Shown here: piece after piece, positions 18,865 to 24,536 of the stretch
Layout of the letters: each line of letters opens with the position of its first letter
Position numbering within the stretch: position 1 is the stretch's first letter
NCBI GenBank assembly: GCA_040386535.1
Contig: JAZKFH010000060.1
Span: 2,539 to 27,074 of the forward strand
Length of the DNA: 24,536 bases
Direction: 5' to 3'
Origin: Myxococcota bacterium
GTDB lineage: Bacteria > Myxococcota_A > UBA796 > SXON01
Position numbers and translations under genes: made by a program
The notes under the pieces: generated by a model
What the model saw: the letters and a program-made list of their open reading frames with translations, nothing else
Databases searched by the model: none
What the model was told of the DNA's origin: nothing

Positions 18865-18931
18865 TGTGAGTGGCGCCTGGGGCCGCCGGGCTGTAGCTCT
18901 AGCGCGGGCGGGACAGGCGACCGCCGTTGCC

Positions 18932-20344
18932 TCACCCCCGCCGCCGCCTCCCCCGCCGCAACACCCACCCCAACCCCGCGAACCCGATCAGCGCCGCCTC
19001 GCCCCCCGCGGGCTCCTTGTCCTGGCAACACCCGCCCTGCACGTCGTCGTTCGAGGCGCCGTACGCATCGAGGTCCTTGAAGCCCTCCTGGAGCGCCCAA
19101 CCCGGGTTGGTTCCACCGTCCCACTCGTAGGCGCCCGCGTCGGGCTTGTCCCCGTCGCGCGGGGCCCCGTTGAAGTCGCCCTCGGGGACGTAGGTGGTGG
19201 CGGCGGGATCGCCGGCGTCGACCATCGCCGCGCCGCCCACCGGGTAGAAGTCCCACGCCTCCACGTCTGAGAAGTCGTGGTAGCCGCCGCCGTCCCACAC
19301 CGGATCGGGGGCGCCGACGTAGGTGTCGGCGAGGCCCTCCACCAGCCCGGTCACGACGTTGTGGCTGATGAGCGTGGTGTCGTCGTAGCCGGCCTCGTTG
19401 AAATACAGCGCCCGCCCCGTCGGGTTGGCGATCACGTTGTTGGCGAACACCATGCCGGTGTAGCCGGCCCAGTCGTGGATCTCGACCCCGTCGTCCAGCG
19501 TGTCGGCCACGGTGTTGAAGCTCACGACGGTGTCCTGCGCGGTGCCGCGGTCGCCGTCGGACAAGCGGATGCCAATGCCCGCGCTGTTGAACACCACGTT
19601 GTTGCGGATGAGCGCGCTGCCGCGGGAGTAGATGCCGCCGCTCGTGGTCTCCCACACGGCGTTGCCCTCGACCGTGTTGCGCTCGCCGTACTCGGCCGAA
19701 TCCGTCACGATGCCCCACGCGCTGACACGGTACAGAACACTGTCGACCAACGTGACACCTTGGCACCCGGGGTCGAGCTCGAAGCCGTTGCTGTCACCGC
19801 CGATGTCGTGGATCCAGAGGTTGGAGAAGGTGCTCTCCTCGGTCCAACAGCTCGCGTCGCCGCAGCCGGCGTAGACGCCGTTTCCGTCGGCGGTGTCGTG
19901 CAGATGCGCGCGGTCGACCGTGATCCGGGCGTTGTTTCCGGACAGGTACAACGCGGTGCCGTTGACCGGGCCGATCTCCACGTCCTCGACGGTGATGTCA
20001 CTGGAGTCGTCGATGTACAGCCCGGTGTACCCGTCCGAGTTGCCCGCGGCGCCCCGGAATATCAGGTTTCGCACCTCGATGAAGGTCGAGTTGGTCACGG
20101 AGGCCACGGCCCAACCCGCCTGAAGCTCCAGGATCACCTCTCCGTCGCCGCGGAGCACGATGGGCGCGGCCGCCGTTCCGAGGCCGGTCCACTCGACGGC
20201 CCCCGGCAGCGCGTAGGTGCCGGCGGAGAAGACGACCTCGTCGCCGGGCTGGAGCGACGCGGTGAGCGCGGCGACGTCGTCACCGGGAGAGAGCTGGACG
20301 CTCGCGGCGAGCGCGCCGGAGACCCAAGCGGACATCCACATCAT
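18932..20344 (-). CDS. Right-handed parallel beta-helix surface protein with choice-of-anchor-Q-like segment and MYXO-CTERM-like sorting tail
   Basis: LQPGDEVVFSAGTY, G..AAPIVLRG, Asn-ladder repeats, DFNGAPRDGDKPDAGAYE and a GGCC + TM + RRGRRRRG C-terminus. The ATG overlaps the upstream stop (TGATG); alternative GTG at 20350. Confidence 0.88.
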   Translation of the reverse strand: MMWMSAWVSGALAASVQLSPGDDVAALTASLQPGDEVVFSAGTYALPGAVEWTGLGTAAAPIVLRGDGEVILELQAGWAVASVTNSTFIEVRNLIFRGAAGNSDGYTGLYIDDSSDITVEDVEIGPVNGTALYLSGNNARITVDRAHLHDTADGNGVYAGCGDASCWTEESTFSNLWIHDIGGDSNGFELDPGCQGVTLVDSVLYRVSAWGIVTDSAEYGERNTVEGNAVWETTSGGIYSRGSALIRNNVVFNSAGIGIRLSDGDRGTAQDTVVSFNTVADTLDDGVEIHDWAGYTGMVFANNVIANPTGRALYFNEAGYDDTTLISHNVVTGLVEGLADTYVGAPDPVWDGGGYHDFSDVEAWDFYPVGGAAMVDAGDPAATTYVPEGDFNGAPRDGDKPDAGAYEWDGGTNPGWALQEGFKDLDAYGASNDDVQGGCCQDKEPAGGEAALIGFAGLGWVLRRGRRRRG

Positions 20345-22455
20345 CACCACCCTCCCTGGCCACCGGTGTGGCCGCGATCGTTGCTGGAGCCGTCGAGATC
20401 CGACCAGCCCGTATAGGTGCCGGGGCCCGCGTCCGCCGGCGGACCACTGTCCGCCCCGGGGGAGCTGCCACGCAAATCCAGGTCGTCGTCGCTCGGATCG
20501 CCGTCGTTGGTGAACGTGACGAACAGCGGGTCTGCCACGAGGTTCTCCCCGCCGTCCTCGTCCACGCCGAGCGAGAAGTCAGTGCCCGAGTTGGTCGCGT
20601 AGCCGAGGTTCCAGGCCACCGACGCGAGGCTCCCGGTGCGCGCCCAGAGCCCGGTGGTGCCGTCGTTCCAGGCGAACACGTTCGCCCAGACGTAGAGGCC
20701 GGACGCGTCACTCGCGTCGAGGAACACGGCGGCGCCGTCCCCCGTGGAGGCGTTCCCCACGAAGGTGTTGTTCACGAGCAGGAGCGCGCTCGCGTCGCCG
20801 GTGAGCGCGAGGCCGCCGCCCTCGTCGGCCGCGTTGCCGACCACGAGCAGGTTGCGCAGCCAGCCGCTCGCGTCGGTCACGTCGTTCAGCGCGATGGCGC
20901 CGCCCCGGCCGGTGGCGCCGTTGCTGGAGAGCACGAGCCGCTCCACCGCGAGGTCGGAGGCCCCCTCGATGGCGATCGCCCCGCCGTCCCCGGCCGCCGC
21001 GTTGTCGTCGAACGCGCCGCCCGCCATCGTGAGCGTGGACGACACGGCGAGCAGCGCCCCGCCCTGGATCGCGCGGTTGCCGAGCCAGGTCGTGGTGCCG
21101 TCGTCGACGAGGCGGCCCGACACGAGCGCCACGGCGCCACCGTCGTCCCCGGCGACGTTCTCCGCGAGCACGCAGCCGTCCTCCAGCGTGAGCACGCCCG
21201 AAGAGAGCGCCACGGCGCCACCGTCGGCCGCCGAGGTGTTCAGCGAGGCGACGACCCCGCGCAGCGTGAGGTTCCCGCCCGTGGCGAGCACCGCGCCGCC
21301 GTCGCCGTCGGTGGGACGGCCGCCGAAGAGCGTGAGGTTCGTGAGCGTGAGCGTGGCGCCGCCGCTGACGGTGAACGCGCGGGTGCCCTCGGCGGGGGTG
21401 AACGTCACGCCCGAGGGGTCCCCGGCGAGGCCCACGAGCGTGAGCGCGCCGCTGTCCCAGGCGGTGGCCTCGTCGTAGGTGCCGGACGCGAGGCCCACCT
21501 CGCGGCACGACGTGTCGAGCGCGGCCAGCGCGTCGGCCAGCGTGGCGAACGGATCGGCCGCCGAGCCGATGCCGCCGGGCTCGGCCGCGGGGTCGACGAA
21601 CACGGGGAACGCGCTCGCGTCGCCGTCGTCGCAGTCGGGGAGCCCACCGCAGAGGCTGGCGCCGTCGCCGTCGGCGTCGAGATCGTCCACGAGGCCCGAG
21701 CAGTCGTTGTCGGCGCCGTCACAGGCCTCCACGCCGCCGGGGAACACGCGCCAGTCGGCGTCGTCGCAGTCCTCGTCGCAGATGGCGTAGCCGTCGCCGT
21801 CGGAGTCCGCGCGGTCGGGGGTGGCCCCGTCGCAGTCGGAGTCCTTGTCGTCGCAGATCTCCGGCGCGTCGGGATGCACGGACGGATCCGCGTCGTCGCA
21901 GTCGTCTCCGCACAGGCGGTAGCCGTCGCCGTCGGCGTCCGCCTCGTCGGCGGGCGTGGTGCCGTCACAATCGCTGTCGCGCCCGTCACAACTCTCGGGC
22001 GCGCCCGGGTACACCTCGGCCCGACCGTCGTCACAGTCGCCGTCGGCGGGCGTGAAGCCGTCCGCGTCGTTGTCGGCGGTGGAGGGGCCGCCGATCCCGG
22101 CGAGCGCGACGTAGAGCGAGGGGGTCTCGGGGTCGTCGGAGCGTATCTGGACTTGCGCCGGGCTCGCGCCCTCGTCGTCCGGGGAGAACGTGATCGTAAG
22201 GGTCGTGACAGCTTCACCGGCGAGCGGCTCGAAGCCCTCTCGCGCGACGGCCCACGCGCGGGCATCCCCTTCGACCAGGGACGCCGAGAGGATCTCGACG
22301 GCGCCCCCTCCGTCGTTACGCAGGGTGACCGTGGCCTCGGCGAGCGTACCGACGCCGACGGTGCCGAGATCGAGGTCGAGGGGCGTGACGGAGAGCGCCG
22401 GGGCGGCGTCCTCCTTGGGGGCGCAGGCGAGGAGGGCGACGAGGAGCCACAGCAT
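20344..22455 (-). CDS. Lipoprotein with Ig-like (choice-of-anchor D/ASH) domain, MopE-type Asp/Cys repeats and GGA-repeat beta-helix
   Basis: LLA-C, LDLGTVGVG...LRNDGG...IRSDDP, repeated DxDGDG..DCDD....(Y/H/F)P.A.E.CD..D.DC.G units, and repeated N.A..DGGA(V/I) motifs. Confidence 0.88.
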   Translation of the reverse strand: MLWLLVALLACAPKEDAAPALSVTPLDLDLGTVGVGTLAEATVTLRNDGGGAVEILSASLVEGDARAWAVAREGFEPLAGEAVTTLTITFSPDDEGASPAQVQIRSDDPETPSLYVALAGIGGPSTADNDADGFTPADGDCDDGRAEVYPGAPESCDGRDSDCDGTTPADEADADGDGYRLCGDDCDDADPSVHPDAPEICDDKDSDCDGATPDRADSDGDGYAICDEDCDDADWRVFPGGVEACDGADNDCSGLVDDLDADGDGASLCGGLPDCDDGDASAFPVFVDPAAEPGGIGSAADPFATLADALAALDTSCREVGLASGTYDEATAWDSGALTLVGLAGDPSGVTFTPAEGTRAFTVSGGATLTLTNLTLFGGRPTDGDGGAVLATGGNLTLRGVVASLNTSAADGGAVALSSGVLTLEDGCVLAENVAGDDGGAVALVSGRLVDDGTTTWLGNRAIQGGALLAVSSTLTMAGGAFDDNAAAGDGGAIAIEGASDLAVERLVLSSNGATGRGGAIALNDVTDASGWLRNLLVVGNAADEGGGLALTGDASALLLVNNTFVGNASTGDGAAVFLDASDASGLYVWANVFAWNDGTTGLWARTGSLASVAWNLGYATNSGTDFSLGVDEDGGENLVADPLFVTFTNDGDPSDDDLDLRGSSPGADSGPPADAGPGTYTGWSDLDGSSNDRGHTGGQGGW

Positions 22456-22462
22456 GGTTGCG

Positions 22463-22471
22463 TACTATAGT
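22463..22471. promoter_or_regulatory. Palindromic, possibly bidirectional -10 element
   Basis: ACTATAGT reads TATAGT on both strands within a 35-bp divergent gap; 8 nt from the minus-strand ATG. Confidence 0.5.
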
Positions 22472-22490
22472 GGAAGCAGAGGGGGCGGTG

Positions 22491-23111
22491 ATGACCATGC
22501 GGACGACACCGAACGTGGGGGGCCTGGCGCTGGTCGCGCTGTTCGCCGGGGGCTGCACCGGCGCGGCCGGGGACACCGGCACGGCCGAGCTCCCGCCGCT
22601 GGACACGAGCGGCTGGCACGAGGACACCGGCTCGTTCCCCTTCGACAGCGCGGGAGACACCGCCCCCATCGACGAGGCGCCCGCCCACTGGCTCACGATG
22701 CGCCAGGCCGGCACCTGGACCCTCGGCGGCGCCGAGGCCGACCCGACCTCGATGACCGGCCTGCTGGTCGTGACCGAGCTGCTCGACGCCGACGAGGAGG
22801 CCCCCGCCTGCGTCGAGACCTGGGCGCTGGTCGGCGCGCGCGCCGAGACCGACTGCGCCGGCTGCGCCTTCACCTTCGCCGTCGAACACACCCGCGTGGC
22901 GACCGAGGGCGCCTGCCGCACCCCCGAGCTGCCCGACACCGGTGACCTGCGCACCCTCGGCTACGCGCAAGCCGAGGGGCGTGTGTGGTGGGACTGGTAC
23001 GATACGGGCGTATGGGTACCCCTGTGGGACGCCGAGGCGGGCACCCTGCCGGGGGAGCTGGTGTTCATTTGGGAGGCGGTGATCGGGGTGGCGGTGGAGG
23101 AGGAGGACTGA
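22491..23111 (+). CDS. Hypothetical lipoprotein with CxxC motif
   Basis: LALVALFAGG-C signal and DCAGCAFTF; purine-rich RBS before ATG 22491. Confidence 0.8.
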   Translation: MTMRTTPNVGGLALVALFAGGCTGAAGDTGTAELPPLDTSGWHEDTGSFPFDSAGDTAPIDEAPAHWLTMRQAGTWTLGGAEADPTSMTGLLVVTELLDADEEAPACVETWALVGARAETDCAGCAFTFAVEHTRVATEGACRTPELPDTGDLRTLGYAQAEGRVWWDWYDTGVWVPLWDAEAGTLPGELVFIWEAVIGVAVEEED

Positions 23112-23113
23112 TT

Positions 23114-23177
23114 GGGCGACCGCCGCTGGGCGCGGTGCCCGGCGCCGAGGCGGCGCCGCCGCGCCCGGTGAACGGTG
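23114..23177 (+). repeat. 64-bp REP-like hairpin element, copy 1
   Basis: 63/64 identical to 24194-24257; gggcgcgg/ccgcgccc stem enclosing cggcgccg-agg-cggcgccg. Confidence 0.92.
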
Positions 23178-23291
23178 GGGCGGGGGCCGGCAGTCCGAGG
23201 CCGGCCTCCGGCTTGACGCCTCGCGAATGTCGTGGGTGTATCTACGGCGAGGTGCTTTCGTCGGGTCGCGACGCCCGCGTGTCGTGCTACG

Positions 23292-23981
23292 GTGGCGGCC
23301 CCCGGAGCCGACTTGGACGACGCGACCCTTCACCGCCACCTCAGTGGCCCCTCCCTCCGCCGCCTGCTCGCCGCGATCCAGGAGTTGCCGTCCGACTTTC
23401 CGCTCACCGACGCGGACGTCGCGGGCATGCTCCGCATCTGGTACGTCGAGACGGCGGGCTTCGACGACCTGCTGGTGGGCGCGCGCGCGTGCCTGGACCG
23501 CTACGTGAAGCACAAGTTGACACTGCCGCTGGACGACCTGCAGGGCTCGATCCAATTCCTCATCGGCGTGTTGGATGGGCGTCGGGACGCGTCGGGGTTC
23601 CTGTTCCTGGGTTCGGGGCTGACCCTCGCCGTCTCCATCGAGCTCGCCGAGGTGGCGGAGCTGCTCCGTGAGGCGCACCCCGACGACGTGGGGCCGCTCG
23701 ACGCATTGAGCGGCCAGCTGGACGCGCTCGAGGGCATCCACCACGGCGTGTACCATCGCCTCCGCACGATCGGCGCCCAGCACCTCGTGACGATCGAGGA
23801 GTCGTTGTCCCGGATGACGCCGACGAACGCCGACATGGTCCTGCACGCGCTGGACAGCTTCGTTGGGAACGCCGAGGTGGCCGCGCTCTACGAGCGGATG
23901 ATCGACCGCCTCCCGGAGGACACGGAGCTGCGTGAGGTCTTCGCGAAGTACCTCTCGCGGGTGCGGCCCGCGGGAGGGTAG
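23292..23981 (+). CDS. Hypothetical all-alpha cytoplasmic protein
   Basis: GC3-biased codons and Leu/Asp/Glu-rich helical composition from about GTG 23292 (the track starts at 23232). No family recognised. Confidence 0.7.
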   Translation: MAAPGADLDDATLHRHLSGPSLRRLLAAIQELPSDFPLTDADVAGMLRIWYVETAGFDDLLVGARACLDRYVKHKLTLPLDDLQGSIQFLIGVLDGRRDASGFLFLGSGLTLAVSIELAEVAELLREAHPDDVGPLDALSGQLDALEGIHHGVYHRLRTIGAQHLVTIEESLSRMTPTNADMVLHALDSFVGNAEVAALYERMIDRLPEDTELREVFAKYLSRVRPAGG

Positions 23982-24022
23982 CGCGCCCTCGGGGAGGCGC
24001 AGGCCGCGTTGGACGTCGCGGT

Positions 24023-24133
24023 CCGTGTGGCGGACGAAGTCGGGACACCTGTCGAACAGGTGGGTGGGTTTCGGCCGTGTGCCGGACGAAGTCGGTACAC
24101 CTGTCGAACAGGTGGGTGGGTTTCGTCCGCCAC
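24023..24133. repeat. 52-bp tandem duplication inside a larger inverted repeat
   Basis: Units at 24023 and 24075, each containing cacctgt-cga-acaggtg; outer arms gtggcggacgaa (24027-24038) and ttcgtccgccac (24122-24133). Confidence 0.9.
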
Positions 24134-24193
24134 CACGGTTTCGCTGTCCGTCCGGGTGGGCTGCTGGGGCGGCGGCGGCGGCGGTTGTTGTAG

Positions 24194-24257
24194 GGGCGAC
24201 CGACGCTGGGCGCGGTGCCCGGCGCCGAGGCGGCGCCGCCGCGCCCGGTGAACGGTG
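24194..24257 (+). repeat. 64-bp REP-like hairpin element, copy 2
   Basis: Direct repeat of 23114-23177; this copy is preceded by GTAG (24190-24193). Confidence 0.92.
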
Positions 24258-24536
24258 TCGCGGGGCGGGCGCGGTGGCGTGGCGTCGATCGTTCGGACCC
24301 AAGCCCCCCTTGAAGCGGCGAGATCGGAGTCATGCCCCCGCGAACGACCGTTGGGACCGTATTGTGTGGCACCCCGACGAACCAAGCGTCCCTATTTTGA
24401 TGTCACCCCCCCCGAGAGGCCCACGTTCGCGCACTCGGGGTGGCATGACTCGGAAATACGTTCACTCGCAGGGGCATGACTCAATGCCGCTGACTTAGGA
24501 GGAATCCTGAGGTTGGCCGATCCTTTTCTTGGGGTA

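Noticed and set aside
23213..23244. Sigma70 promoter TTGACG...TATCTA
   Set aside because: The 20-bp spacer is too long.
24040..24075. ZTP (pfl) riboswitch-like string ctgtcgaacaggtggg
   Set aside because: The remaining conserved elements are not evident, there is no purine or folate gene downstream in the window, and a simple hairpin explains it.
23114..24257. Integron cassette with attC sites
   Set aside because: The repeats lack RYYYAAC/GTTRRRY ends and no integrase is present.
21405..24302. 965-aa minus-strand ORF and other long Arg/Pro/Ala-rich ORFs (e.g. 3578-5635, 14052-15821, 20368-22470)
   Set aside because: Shadow or alternate-frame ORFs expected in very GC-rich DNA; they overlap well-supported genes and have no motifs.

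Overview
Very GC-rich bacterial chromosomal DNA, probably Myxococcota or a relative. This is inferred from a MYXO-CTERM-like tail, MopE-type Asp/Cys repeats and many Cys-rich lipoproteins. About 21 plausible genes are present, mostly envelope-related: a GNAT acetyltransferase, a membrane-anchored coiled-coil protein, a YdcZ-type DMT transporter coupled to a GT-C-like membrane protein, a lipoprotein with a peptidase S74 autocleavage domain, a PQQ-type sugar dehydrogenase, a spermidine-synthase-like protein, a USP-like protein, an M23 peptidase, mlaEFD, two OmpA-domain proteins, a DUF3494 ice-binding lipoprotein, an XylR/DmpR-type sigma54 activator and two beta-helix surface proteins. The most coherent unexplained module is at about 10.4-18.7 kb. 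A XylR_N/V4R activator sits divergent from a consensus-like sigma54 promoter with two tandem palindromic candidate enhancer sites. That promoter faces an ompA + ice-binding-protein gene pair, followed on the same strand by a MotB-like lipoprotein and mlaEFD. A PIN-domain gene relic lies just downstream of the activator. The non-coding DNA holds 51-, 34-, 18- and 52-bp tandem repeats and a dispersed ~64-bp hairpin element with apparent compensatory changes. No rRNA, tRNA, CRISPR-cas or transposase was recognised. All family calls are by eye from motifs; no searches were run.
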